A stretch of DNA of 59,453 nucleotides, the filler included. It is 5 parts of 5 records of this genome, joined end to end, with 100 filler letters (N's around TTAATTAATTAA, not from the genome) between each part and the next. Parts side by side here need not be neighbours in the genome. Positions count along the whole stretch, not along the records: positions 13,418 to 25,511 come from SRR31156797_5743; positions 25,612 to 36,237 come from SRR31156797_5747; 3 more parts are not named here. One strand, given 5' to 3'. Both the position numbers and the translations under genes were made by a program. The notes under the pieces were generated by a model, which was given only the letters and a program-made list of their open reading frames with translations, was not told the DNA's origin and searched no databases. Shown piece after piece: positions 18,609 to 28,733 of this stretch (position 1 is its first letter; every line of letters begins with the position of its first letter).

Positions 18609-19229
18609 GGTTTTTCTTGTTTAATAATTCTTGGAGAGCGATTGTCCAACCAGACAGCAGCCCAAAAAAGCTTTTTATGCTGCTTACCATTCCCCCTGAC
18701 GGGTTGGTTGCTTTCCGGCGTCAGGTTCATTCCATTTTCGAATGTGAAACAGTTGTAGCTCACCTTGGTTACCTTTTCTGCAAATATTTGAAGATTATCG
18801 AATTTTCCGGCACAACTACCAACTATAGCGTTGCGGCTCCTTACTTTTAAGGGGCTTGAAGGATACTTTTATCGCCGAGCAAGACCCGGTAAGCTCAGGT
18901 TCCGAGGCATGGATAAATTTTCGCCCTAGATATATAGCTGATATCGAAGTTTACACTTATCCCCAGGACATTTTTTTTAATATCGTCGAAACTGGAAAAA
19001 ATATATTTTTAAAGGTCCTTTAAAAGTGGTGCCTAGATAAAGGTAAAGCTTCGAAGTAGCACAGGGAACTCTAAAGTTACAATTTCCCCCTCTCCTATCA
19101 AGATAAAACAAAACAGAATAAAAAACTTGTATGGACAAGCTATACAGGCTCATTCCCGATCATAAATTATGTTATGTTATTATATACTAAAAATATTCTT
19201 ACTACCCCTTGAATAAAAAGAAAGCCGCA

Positions 19230-21305
19230 ATGCCCACTAAGCCAACCTATGAGCAACTCGCACAAAAAGTGCTGGAGCTCGAACGCCAACTGCAAAAAAA
19301 CAGCACTTTTACCACAAACCAATGCCCTCAGCAGAAATCAGTCGACAAAAATATCAGTGCGCAAAAGCAAGCGCTGAAAGCCAGTGAAAAAAAGTACAAA
19401 ACACTTTTTGAAAGCATGGCACAGGGGGGATATTTTCTAAATGCAGCAGGACAGGTGGTGGAGTGCAATTCTGCTGTATTGGAGATGTTTGGCATCAGCC
19501 GGGAACAGTTTCTGAAAAAATCAGCAGCCTCTCACTGGCAGGTGATAACAGAGAAAGGGACTCTTCTTCCTCCAGAACAACACCCGTCAATAATCGCCCT
19601 CCAGACCAGCAAACCGGTTCTCAACTTTCTGGCAGGGGTCTTTAATCCTAAGAAACAGGATTACGTTTGGCTGAGTATCAATGCTGTTCCACTTTTTAGA
19701 GAAAAAGAAACTAGCCCTTACCAAGTCTTTGTCACCTTGCATGATGTCACAGAAAGAAAAGAGGCTGAACGCGCACTCCGAGAAAGTGAACAAAAAATTA
19801 AGGAAGCCCACAAACTGCTGCAGCTTGTCATTGATACCATACCTATGCGTATTTTCTGGAAAAACAAAGAATTTAAATATCTAGGATGCAACCATTTATT
19901 TGCCAAGGATGCAGGCTTTCAACGACCGGAAGAGTTAATCGGGCTTAATGACTACGACATGGCATGGAAACGCCACGCCGACCTATACAGGAAGGACGAT
20001 TCCCACGTTATTCTATCAGGCAATCCCAAATTAAATTACGAAGAACCGCAGACAACAACGAATGGCAAGCACCTGTGGCTGGCAACCTCCAAGGCACCGC
20101 TTCGAGACACCAATGATACTATAGTAGGACTGGTGGGAACATATGAGGACATTACCCATCGTAAGCAGACAGAACAAGAGCTGCTGAAAGTCCAAAAGCT
20201 CGAATCTCTTGGTCGCCTCGCTGGCGGCATAGCGCATAATTTCAATAATATTTTAATGACGATCATGGGCAATATATCTTTTGCCAAAATGGAGATCCCC
20301 TCCACAGAAAAGGTCTATGACCGCCTTATCAATGCGGAGAACGGTTGTCTAAAGGCCAAAGATTTATGCCAGCAATTTCTCACCTTCTCCAAGGGAGGAA
20401 CCCCGGCCAGAGAGTCGACTCCAGCTTCCCTGGTAATAAAGGCAAACAGTCAACTGGCATTAAGCGGAACAAAATCCCTCTGCACATACACTCTCCCTGA
20501 TAATTTGTGGAACATGTATGCTGACGCAGACCATATCGGCCAAGTTCTGACCAACATTCTTCTTAACGCTGACCAGGCAATGCCCAACGGCGGGATAATA
20601 GATGTGTGTGCTGAAAATGTGCTCCTGGGGGAGGGAAATAAATTTGGTGTGAAAAAGGGTAATTATGTCAAGGTATCTGTCCGGGATCAAGGTACGGGTA
20701 TAGATAACAAGTATCTAAACAAAGTTTTCGATCCCTACTTCAGTACCAAGGTAAACGGCAATGGCCTGGGACTGTCTTCAGCCTACTCGATTATCAAAAA
20801 ACATGAAGGCTCCATTGCGGCAGAGTCGAGTTCGACAACGGGCACAACCTTTACCTTTCTTGTCCCGGCAGCAAGTCCGCAACTTTCTCCACGTCTCCAA
20901 ACCACAGAATATGCAATAACCAGAGGAAGCGGTCACGTCCTTATCATGGATGATGACAGAACGATTCTAAATGCTGTTGAGGCGATGCTGGATCATCTTG
21001 GATATAGCTGCCTGTCAGTTGAAAACGGGGAAGAAGCCATCACAGCCTATATCCAGGCTCGTAAGCAAGGAAGTCCTTTTGATTTGGTAATCATGGACCT
21101 GATCGTCCCTGGAGCCATGGGAGGAGAGGAGGCTGCACAACGATTGAGAGCTCTCGACCCCGTGACCAAACTGGTTGTCTCCAGTGGGTATAGTAGGGAT
21201 CCGGTGGTTGCTAACTACCAAAAATACGGTTTCAGTGGAGCGATATCCAAGCCCTATCGCCTGGAAGAGTTAAGCCTTTTTATGCAAAAAATCTTCCGTA
21301 GCTGA
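19230..21305 (+). CDS. Cytoplasmic PAS-PAS hybrid histidine kinase with receiver domain
   Basis: KPTYEQL N-terminus, two PAS/PAC domains, LAGGIAHNFNN H-box, FDPYFSTK..GNGLGL and receiver (MDDD...MDL...SKP). The ORF track opens at TTG 19209. Confidence 0.9.
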   Translation: MPTKPTYEQLAQKVLELERQLQKNSTFTTNQCPQQKSVDKNISAQKQALKASEKKYKTLFESMAQGGYFLNAAGQVVECNSAVLEMFGISREQFLKKSAASHWQVITEKGTLLPPEQHPSIIALQTSKPVLNFLAGVFNPKKQDYVWLSINAVPLFREKETSPYQVFVTLHDVTERKEAERALRESEQKIKEAHKLLQLVIDTIPMRIFWKNKEFKYLGCNHLFAKDAGFQRPEELIGLNDYDMAWKRHADLYRKDDSHVILSGNPKLNYEEPQTTTNGKHLWLATSKAPLRDTNDTIVGLVGTYEDITHRKQTEQELLKVQKLESLGRLAGGIAHNFNNILMTIMGNISFAKMEIPSTEKVYDRLINAENGCLKAKDLCQQFLTFSKGGTPARESTPASLVIKANSQLALSGTKSLCTYTLPDNLWNMYADADHIGQVLTNILLNADQAMPNGGIIDVCAENVLLGEGNKFGVKKGNYVKVSVRDQGTGIDNKYLNKVFDPYFSTKVNGNGLGLSSAYSIIKKHEGSIAAESSSTTGTTFTFLVPAASPQLSPRLQTTEYAITRGSGHVLIMDDDRTILNAVEAMLDHLGYSCLSVENGEEAITAYIQARKQGSPFDLVIMDLIVPGAMGGEEAAQRLRALDPVTKLVVSSGYSRDPVVANYQKYGFSGAISKPYRLEELSLFMQKIFRS

Positions 21306-21358
21306 AGGCTGTAAAGCAAAAAAAAATTATGCGGGCTCCTTTCGTTGTTAATGCTCTT

Positions 21359-22111
21359 TCATTTTTGATAAATCTTCACAAGGTAACGACCGTTTTGACC
21401 GGTAGCAACCTGTTGACATTCAAGACCGTTATAGTCAGCTAGCATCTGCAAGGTTGGCAGGCCTACATATATCCACTTAAAAGGATCTGAGGTTATGGTT
21501 TTGTAGGTGATAACAAATTCAGTTTCCCCGTAATCGCTGTCATCGGGGAACTCATGTTCCCCATCTTCATTCCTAGATAATAGACGTAAGTCTGTAGAGT
21601 CGGCAATGACCTGTCCACCCTCTGTCAATAGTGCCTGAACATACTGCAGGAAAAGATTTAAACCATCAAGTGAGCCACAAATGCCAAGACCGTTCATAAG
21701 CATAAGGATGGTATTGTAGTTCCCGCTCTCCAGGGAAAACAAATTATTATGGATTGGATTTTTCACCTGCCGCTGCTCCATAACCTCTATACAACCTGGT
21801 GATATATCCAGGGCATCCACAACCACATTCCGCTCCTGTAAGCAGAGTGTGTGGCAACCGCTCCCTGCCCCCACGTCCAAAACCCTTCCCTTGCACAAAT
21901 GGAGTGCCGTATGTTCTATCTCTTCCATTTCTGAATATGGCCTGAACATGGTCTTAGCAGGCATGGTCGACATGTTATACGTGGTGGAAGCTACCTTTGC
22001 GTACACCGATTGGTGTCCATTCAGATAATCCAACATCATGGCTCCCAAAGGATCCTTGTAAGGATCGTGAATAATACTTTTCATACTCTCTTCAATGTGA
22101 TTGCGCTCCAA
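21359..22111 (-). CDS. Class I SAM-dependent methyltransferase
   Basis: GRVLDVGAGSGCH motif I, ALDIS and LMLMNGLGICG. Confidence 0.85.
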   Translation of the reverse strand: MERNHIEESMKSIIHDPYKDPLGAMMLDYLNGHQSVYAKVASTTYNMSTMPAKTMFRPYSEMEEIEHTALHLCKGRVLDVGAGSGCHTLCLQERNVVVDALDISPGCIEVMEQRQVKNPIHNNLFSLESGNYNTILMLMNGLGICGSLDGLNLFLQYVQALLTEGGQVIADSTDLRLLSRNEDGEHEFPDDSDYGETEFVITYKTITSDPFKWIYVGLPTLQMLADYNGLECQQVATGQNGRYLVKIYQK

Positions 22112-22388
22112 TTGCTGCAGCCAGAGTAAATTAAAAAAGGCCCCGGTCGACAGTCTTACAGCTACCTAATCAATCTATAAATTATCATGTCAATTATTTA
22201 TGCATGCCATACTAATAAGGCGATTGATAATGGCTAAACCAAGATACAATAAATCCAGGATATATGTTATGGATACTTTGCGTTAGTTAATTTCGCCGCC
22301 GCTTCAGGACCTCTAGCTGCCGGCGTAAAAGCTAATCAACTTCGCTCAATCTTACTTTAAACTCTGTAATTATTATTTTAGCTCAACC

Positions 22389-23102
22389 ATGCCCTTTCAA
22401 CATCGTATAGTTCAACCTGGCCCCAAACAAAATAGTGTTATCGACCTCAACGGCGAGGTATTGGTCCCCCCACAAGACTGGGTCTTTCTCAAAGCGGGAA
22501 ACGGCCCCCTTACCCGCAGTGTAAAAAGTCGATGCTCTACCTGGCAGGTCCAAATAAAAAAAGGGAAACGAACTATTTCCAAGGGAATATGGGCGAAAAA
22601 GGGACATATAGATGCGGCCACAGAGGAGCTTAACCGAAAACGCGCCACCCCTGAATATCAACGAAAAAGGGCCAGCGATCTTAAACGCAAAGAGCGGAAA
22701 CACGCTGAATATGTCGATGATTTCTACCAGGCAACCCTTGATTTTCTTGCCTTTCACCCTGCACACAGCCAGACAGCAGAACGCCTGGCTACAGAAGTCA
22801 CCAATCTGGCAACACCAGTTGGCTCCGGAACAGTGGCGAGGACCACACGCATTCCTGTCCACAAACGGGTTGAAGCAGCTGTTATTGCCTGGTTGCGTCA
22901 TCAAACCACAGGCTATGATCAGATGCACATTATTCGCAAAAAAGGAAACAGAAGAGAAGTGCGTCGGATGCTAGCCCAAAAATCCAAGGCCATGCTTACC
23001 CAATACCGAACAGGAGAAGCCATTGCCAACACTTGCCCTCTGCAGAAGGCGTTGGCAGCAGAGCGTCACTTACGTCCACTGACGGAAGAAGACTTGATAT
23101 AA
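22389..23102 (+). CDS. DUF2293 domain protein
   Basis: ATPVGSGTVART...AAVIAWLRHQTTGYD motif. Confidence 0.75.
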   Translation: MPFQHRIVQPGPKQNSVIDLNGEVLVPPQDWVFLKAGNGPLTRSVKSRCSTWQVQIKKGKRTISKGIWAKKGHIDAATEELNRKRATPEYQRKRASDLKRKERKHAEYVDDFYQATLDFLAFHPAHSQTAERLATEVTNLATPVGSGTVARTTRIPVHKRVEAAVIAWLRHQTTGYDQMHIIRKKGNRREVRRMLAQKSKAMLTQYRTGEAIANTCPLQKALAAERHLRPLTEEDLI

Positions 23103-23213
23103 CAAGCCCCTGGCAACTTTAACATGACGTTTTAACCGTCCTGCTAAATTAAAACCACAACATCAATTGTACAGAGGCACCTGATCATTAATCATTTAGA
23201 AAAAGGATAAATT

Positions 23214-23813
23214 ATGTATGCCTTAGCCGTTAATGGAAGCCCGCGAAAAGGTGGTAATACAGAATTACTGCTCCAAGAAGTACTTGGAGAATTAAGCAGC
23301 AGTGGCTGGGAAACAGAACTGATCAAGGTAGGCGGTACAGATATCCGAGGCTGTATTGCCTGTGAACAATGCTTTGCCAACAAAAACAACCGGTGTGCTG
23401 TAAAAAAAGACGCTTTTAATGATATCTATGCCAAAATGTGTAAAGCGGACGCCATGATCTTAGGATCTCCAACCTACTTTGCAGCTGTATCCGGTGATCT
23501 CAAAGCACTCATAGAGCGAGCCGGCTTTGTTGCCTATGCAAATGATAATGCTTTCACCGGTAAAATTGGTGCTGCTGTTGTTGCTGTCAGGCGAGGTGGA
23601 GCAACCCACGCCTATGACACTATTAACCATATGTTTCAGATGTCGAGAATGATCCTACCCGGCTCAACGTACTGGAACATGGGTTATGGCTTGAAAAAGG
23701 GAGAGGTGAAAGAAGATGTCGAAGGCTTGAACAACATGCGTCACCTCGGGAAATCCATTGCATGGTTAGGTAAAGCAATACAACCCCACCTGGACGATTA
23801 CCCAAAAGGATAA
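23214..23813 (+). CDS. Iron-sulfur flavoprotein / NADPH-dependent FMN reductase family
   Basis: NGSPRKGGNT, CIACEQC...C cluster motif, GSPTYF and RRGGA. Confidence 0.88.
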   Translation: MYALAVNGSPRKGGNTELLLQEVLGELSSSGWETELIKVGGTDIRGCIACEQCFANKNNRCAVKKDAFNDIYAKMCKADAMILGSPTYFAAVSGDLKALIERAGFVAYANDNAFTGKIGAAVVAVRRGGATHAYDTINHMFQMSRMILPGSTYWNMGYGLKKGEVKEDVEGLNNMRHLGKSIAWLGKAIQPHLDDYPKG

Positions 23814-23826
23814 ATCGGCTGGTCTC

Positions 23827-24585
23827 ATGTTTGATCCAATCACACTGTTTGCTGTTGTCGGAATATTTCTTATTGCCGGCACAGTAAAAGGCGTTATAGG
23901 ATTAGGGCTGCCGACCATCAGCTTAGCGTTGCTGACGGCAGCCTTTGACCTGCACAGTGCCATGGCCCTGTTACTATTGCCATCTCTGATGACAAACCTG
24001 TGGCAGGCTTTGGCCGGCGGTCACGGCAAGATACTCATACTGCGAATCTGGCCCTTTCTTTTCATGGCCACGGCGACCGTTCTGCTTGGCGCAACCGCGT
24101 TGACCCGCATTGCCCCTTCTTCTCTTTCTGCATTGCTAGGAATCCTGCTGATTGCCTATGCTGCGTCAAGCCTCATCGGTTACAGACTCGTACTTACCAG
24201 AGCACAAGAACGTTGGTACGGCCCGGTAGCCGGTTGCATAAACGGTATCCTCACCGGGATGACCGGCTCTTTTGTAGTTCCGGGGGTACTGTTTCTTCAG
24301 GCTATAGACCTTTCCCGGGACAAACTGATCCAGGCAATGGGTATGCTTTTCACAACTTCAACCCTGGCTCTGGCATTTGCTTTACAACATAATAATCTCC
24401 TCACTCTAGAAAAAGGAACACTTTCCTTTATAGGCCTTCTGCCTGCTATAGCCGGCATGGTAGTCGGTCAATGGATTCGCAAAAAAATATCGGAACCATA
24501 TTTTAAGAAAATCTTCTTTTTTTCTCTTCTCCTGTTGGGCATCTATGTGGTACTGAGCAGTGCCTTCTTCCATCCTCCCCACTGA
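23827..24585 (+). CDS. Sulfite exporter TauE/SafE family membrane protein
   Basis: AGTVKGVIGLGLP and GILTGMTG repeats; about 8 TM segments. Confidence 0.85.
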   Translation: MFDPITLFAVVGIFLIAGTVKGVIGLGLPTISLALLTAAFDLHSAMALLLLPSLMTNLWQALAGGHGKILILRIWPFLFMATATVLLGATALTRIAPSSLSALLGILLIAYAASSLIGYRLVLTRAQERWYGPVAGCINGILTGMTGSFVVPGVLFLQAIDLSRDKLIQAMGMLFTTSTLALAFALQHNNLLTLEKGTLSFIGLLPAIAGMVVGQWIRKKISEPYFKKIFFFSLLLLGIYVVLSSAFFHPPH

Positions 24586-24684
24586 CTGCCCCCAAAAAAC
24601 ACATTGCCGATATTACTGATATTGTGTAAAAATAAATTTCTCTACGGTGTCATACATATAATCACGCACTACCTGTAATCGGGG

Positions 24685-25275
24685 ATGATTATTCTGAGTA
24701 AGAATCTCACTATACTGATTATTCTATTCCTGCTCGTTTGTGCTGCGAGCTTGCATTTTGTTTTAGATTCCAGCCTGACCAAGTACCGGGCTGCTCAAAT
24801 ATTAAAAAAAGAAGTCTTTCCGCTCCAGGATATTGTTCCGTTCACCCTCTTTGGCAATAATGCCCTTTTTATTCCTCATAAAGGGCTTGAGATAGACGAC
24901 CACCTGCTTAGTCGCCTGGAAAAACTAGCCCAGGACGGATTTATTAAGCTTACCCATATCGATATGGCTCAACCGCAGTACATGCATGACACGCAAAACA
25001 GTGTCGTAACAATTGAACTGACTGACAAAGCAGCTCCCTTTATATCTCGAAAGGTGTCTAAGTCGGTATTGGTTAAAGCATGTGCTCTTACTTTGTATAA
25101 AATCACAGCCATCGTGCTCGATGAGGTGAAAAAGAAGGCTGTAGTTTATATCCTCTATAGATCCACCGAAAATACACCCTTTGCCTCTTTTTCAGACAAC
25201 TGTGACGGCCAGTCGCATAAAGCACATTTTAATTTTATTTGGGATGAAAAAAACTGGAAACTCACCGGTGACTGA
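24685..25275 (+). CDS. Hypothetical protein with N-terminal membrane anchor
   Basis: 196-aa ORF with a hydrophobic N-terminus and no recognised motif. Confidence 0.65.
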   Translation: MIILSKNLTILIILFLLVCAASLHFVLDSSLTKYRAAQILKKEVFPLQDIVPFTLFGNNALFIPHKGLEIDDHLLSRLEKLAQDGFIKLTHIDMAQPQYMHDTQNSVVTIELTDKAAPFISRKVSKSVLVKACALTLYKITAIVLDEVKKKAVVYILYRSTENTPFASFSDNCDGQSHKAHFNFIWDEKNWKLTGD

Positions 25276-25370
25276 CCCATTTGTAGTACCATGAAGATCT
25301 TTGCTTCAATAGTTCATTGGGGGACCAGGCAAGGCAATTGGCAAAAAAATAATTATACAGGGAGGGCACT

Positions 25371-25511
25371 ATGGATTCTGCAAGTCATTTCTACGGATTA
25401 CTACTGCTATGTATTGGTATAATCATGATGATGCTGTTCATCGTACTCTTACTGTTGCGGAAACTGCAAATCGAAGTTAGAGAGGGGATGCATAAAATTG
25501 CTGTTCTTATC
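25371..25511 (+). CDS. Small membrane protein (3' truncated at contig end)
   Basis: Strong GGAGG RBS before ATG 25371 and a hydrophobic helix; runs into the spacer. Confidence 0.45.
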
Positions 25512-25611
25512 NNNNNNNNNNNNNNNNNNNNNNNNNNNNNNNNNNNNNNNNNNNNTTAATTAATTAANNNNNNNNNNNNNNNNNNNNNNNNNNNNNNNNN
25601 NNNNNNNNNNN
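25512..25611. other. Artificial contig spacer
   Basis: N-run + TTAATTAATTAA + N-run. Confidence 0.99.
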
Positions 25612-26250
25612 AATAATATTGCTCACCAATGGAGACAACCTTTGGCAAATCTATCTTTTATCAACCTTGATTTACAAATGGCAATCAAAAATAAAGATAT
25701 TTCAACCAAATATTTAAATGAAATAGCAAATGACTCTCAAGAGCAAATAACATATATGTCAGATACTTTGGATAACTTTAAAGGCTTTTTTCAACCAAAT
25801 AGAAAAAAAGAAAAATTTCATATAAGTAATACAATAAAAAATGCACAATCAATAATAAACTCAACTTTACAAAAAGAAAATATTAAACTTATAATAAATA
25901 TAAAAAAAGACAAAGAGATTAACAGTTATGAAAATGAACTTTTGCAAGTTATTCTAAATATTCTTTCAAACAGCAAGGATGCTCTACTTCAAAAAGAGAT
26001 TCAAAACCCATTTATTGAGATTATATTAGATGTTGAAAAAAATAAAAACACATTAATTGAAATAAATGATAATGCACAAGGAATTTCAGAAAAACTAATA
26101 CATAAAATTTTTGACCCATATTTTACAACAAAACGCAATAGCAATGGAATTGGACTTTATATGTCAAAAATAATTGTAGAATCACATCTAAATGGTGAAA
26201 TTGAAGTTAAAAACAAACCTTTAGGTGCATCTTTTTTAATAAAAATCTAG
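25612..26250 (+). CDS. Sensor histidine kinase, C-terminal part (5' truncated)
   Basis: Frame is open from the contig start: NNIAHQWRQPL H-box (Campylobacterota type), then FDPYFTTK..GIGLYMSK. Confidence 0.9.
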   Translation, partial: NNIAHQWRQPLANLSFINLDLQMAIKNKDISTKYLNEIANDSQEQITYMSDTLDNFKGFFQPNRKKEKFHISNTIKNAQSIINSTLQKENIKLIINIKKDKEINSYENELLQVILNILSNSKDALLQKEIQNPFIEIILDVEKNKNTLIEINDNAQGISEKLIHKIFDPYFTTKRNSNGIGLYMSKIIVESHLNGEIEVKNKPLGASFLIKI

Positions 26251-26300
26251 TCAGGACATAACTAAGACACACAAATTAATTATACTTCTTTTATGATTTC

Positions 26301-26326
26301 AATAATGATTATTGATAATAGTTATA
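26301..26326. promoter_or_regulatory. Fur-box-like sequence upstream of TonB-dependent receptor
   Basis: AATAATGATTATTGATAATAGTTAT consists of overlapping (G)ATAAT hexamers just upstream of the RBS. Confidence 0.5.
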
Positions 26327-26343
26327 TAAACACAAGGATACAA

Positions 26344-28431
26344 ATGAAAAAATCTAGATTAAGTAATATAATCTTATCTACACTTATAGGTGTTTGTACT
26401 GCAAATTCACTTTATGCAAAAGATAAAAAAGATTTAGGTGAAATAGTTATAGAAGGAAGTAAACTAGAAAATACTTTACTTGAAACTGTTGGAGGAGTAC
26501 AAGTTTTAGATGAAGTTGATTTTTTAAATAGTAGTACACTAAATGATATGTATGATGTTTTTGAACAAACATCAAATATTAATAGATCTGGGAAATATGC
26601 ATTTAATATCAGGGGAATAAACTCAACAGGAATTGCGGGTTCATATATAGGACCAAGAACAATTAATGTTTCTCTTGATGGAGTTTCGCAGGGCTCAAAT
26701 GCATCAAAACAAGGAGCAATTTCTACATGGGATATTGACCATGTTGAGATTTTAAAAGGACCACAATCTACAACTCAAGGTAGAAACTCTCTAGCAGGTG
26801 CAGTTGTAATAAAAACAAAAGACCCAGAGTTTATTGCAAATGGAGCAGCTCAAGCAACATACGGTACAAATGATACTTATCAACTATCTGCAATGCAAAC
26901 AGGAGCAATAAATGAAAAAATGGCTATTAGACTTTCTGTAGATAGACAATCTTCAGATGGATTTGTGACAAATGATACAATCAGAGGTGATGAATTCAAC
27001 AAAAGAGATATTACAACTTTTAGAGGTAAATTATTATATCTACTTGACAATGACGCATCTATACTTTTTAATGTAAGTAAAAATATTTATGATGATTATG
27101 GACACTCAATGGTTGATAAGAATAGACAAAGTCCATATAATACTGATGGATTTTATAACTCTGATGCCTTATCAAACTCAATTGAAGTTGATGTTCCTCT
27201 AAATGACAAATGGTCTTTAAAATCAATTACAAGTTATACAAATGAGCATTTAACAAGAAGAAATGACTTAGATTATTCTTCTGGTGATGCGATTGCAAAC
27301 TTTCAAAGAAAAAATGACAGTATTAATCAAGAGTTAAGACTTAACTACAAATCTGAGAATATTAAGTCAGTATTTGGTTTATATTATTCAACAGGTACAG
27401 GAACAGATGATAGAAAAGTTTCTGACTTAGCATTTACATCAAGTGTGTTTGTGGATTATCAACAATACTTAGAAGAAGAATATACAAATACAGCACTATT
27501 TTTTAATACTGATTACAGTTTAACGGATAAATTTACTTTGATTTTTGGAGCAAGACTTGACAAAGATACAAGAGAAAATATAAGCACAATTGACGCACAA
27601 AGAATCAATGACCTTGGTTCAAGTCTAAATGCTATAATTGATGCACAATTAGCAGCAATTGCAAATGGTGATATTTCAGCAAAAGATTCTACAATTAACT
27701 TTCTTCCAAAAATAGGTTTTGATTACAAGTGGAATGAAAATATTCACACAGGGTTTATATACTCTAAAGGTTATAGACCAGGTGGAGTTTCGGTAAATCC
27801 AATTACTGCAGAATCAAGTGAATATGATACTGAACATACAAATAACTTTGAACTTTCATTAAAATCATTATGGTTAGATAGAAGATTAATGTTTAACGCC
27901 AATATCTTCCTTACTAAATGGAAAAATCAACAAGTGTTAGAAACTGGTTCAACAGGAAGTCCTTTTGATACAAATATAATCAATTCAGGTGAAAGTACTC
28001 TAAAAGGTATTGAATTTGATACAAAATATCAAATAAACGATGAACTTGATATTTATGGAAATATAGGTTACATCAAGGCTGAGTATGATGAATATATGAA
28101 CTCAGGTAATGATTATAGTGGAAATGAGATTATTAAAACACCAAATGTTACTGGAAACATTGGACTAAATTATAGAAATAGCAAAGGTTACTTTATAGGT
28201 GGTAATATAAACTACATAGGTTCTCAATATGGCGACAGTGCAAATGAAAGAAAAATCTCACCTTATAGTGTTGTAAATCTAAAAACTGGATATGAACAAA
28301 ATGATTGGGCTTTATATCTATTTGCTAATAACCTATTTGATAGAAAATATGAAACTAATAACTATGGTTCAGGAAGATATGAGTTAGGAGATGAGAGAGT
28401 TGTGGGAATTACTCTTAAATATTATTGGTAA
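26344..28431 (+). CDS. TonB-dependent outer-membrane receptor
   Basis: Signal peptide from MKKSRL (ATG 26344, AAGGA RBS), plug motif VEILKGPQST.QGRNSLAG, ANNLFDRKY and C-terminal aromatic residue. Confidence 0.92.
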   Translation: MKKSRLSNIILSTLIGVCTANSLYAKDKKDLGEIVIEGSKLENTLLETVGGVQVLDEVDFLNSSTLNDMYDVFEQTSNINRSGKYAFNIRGINSTGIAGSYIGPRTINVSLDGVSQGSNASKQGAISTWDIDHVEILKGPQSTTQGRNSLAGAVVIKTKDPEFIANGAAQATYGTNDTYQLSAMQTGAINEKMAIRLSVDRQSSDGFVTNDTIRGDEFNKRDITTFRGKLLYLLDNDASILFNVSKNIYDDYGHSMVDKNRQSPYNTDGFYNSDALSNSIEVDVPLNDKWSLKSITSYTNEHLTRRNDLDYSSGDAIANFQRKNDSINQELRLNYKSENIKSVFGLYYSTGTGTDDRKVSDLAFTSSVFVDYQQYLEEEYTNTALFFNTDYSLTDKFTLIFGARLDKDTRENISTIDAQRINDLGSSLNAIIDAQLAAIANGDISAKDSTINFLPKIGFDYKWNENIHTGFIYSKGYRPGGVSVNPITAESSEYDTEHTNNFELSLKSLWLDRRLMFNANIFLTKWKNQQVLETGSTGSPFDTNIINSGESTLKGIEFDTKYQINDELDIYGNIGYIKAEYDEYMNSGNDYSGNEIIKTPNVTGNIGLNYRNSKGYFIGGNINYIGSQYGDSANERKISPYSVVNLKTGYEQNDWALYLFANNLFDRKYETNNYGSGRYELGDERVVGITLKYYW

Positions 28432-28732
28432 AATTAAAGGAGTAGTAACAACTACTCTTTTAAAGAAAGATAATAATGCAAATCTTGGATTTATAAGACT
28501 GTTTTTGGGACTAATTGGTTCACTAATAACTTCATATCTAGCAATAATCTTTATTTCAAATCAATTAAGCTTTTCTATTTTTGAAAATATTGTGGTAGGA
28601 ATTATCTTACTTCCTTTTATTTGGTCTATCTTTGCTTTATGGATTATATACTCAGAAACTAAACTAAATGCAATTTTAAAAACTTTATTTTTATTTTTTC
28701 TATTTTTAGTTTTATTATTGAAAGTGAACTAA
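28391..28732 (+). CDS. Small 3-TM membrane protein associated with PepSY/TonB receptor genes (start uncertain)
   Basis: Three hydrophobic helices, ending 1 nt before the PepSY gene start. The only in-frame ATG overlaps the receptor's 3' end. Confidence 0.6.
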   Translation: MRELWELLLNIIGKIKGVVTTTLLKKDNNANLGFIRLFLGLIGSLITSYLAIIFISNQLSFSIFENIVVGIILLPFIWSIFALWIIYSETKLNAILKTLFLFFLFLVLLLKVN

Positions 28733-28733
28733 G

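Noticed and set aside
18630-18730. Possible glycine riboswitch (GGAGAG...TCAGG) or c-di-AMP riboswitch (TGAA...GGGGAA)
   Set aside because: The core conserved motifs (e.g. CCGAAG for glycine) are missing, and the glycine-like match is on the wrong strand for the EamA gene. Kept only as an unassigned structured leader.
28437-28462. Hairpin GGAGTAGT-AACA-ACTACTCT after TonB receptor 1 as a definite terminator
   Set aside because: It lies inside the reading frame of the following membrane protein, whose start is unresolved. It could be an attenuator or mRNA-stabilising stem, so I did not call it.
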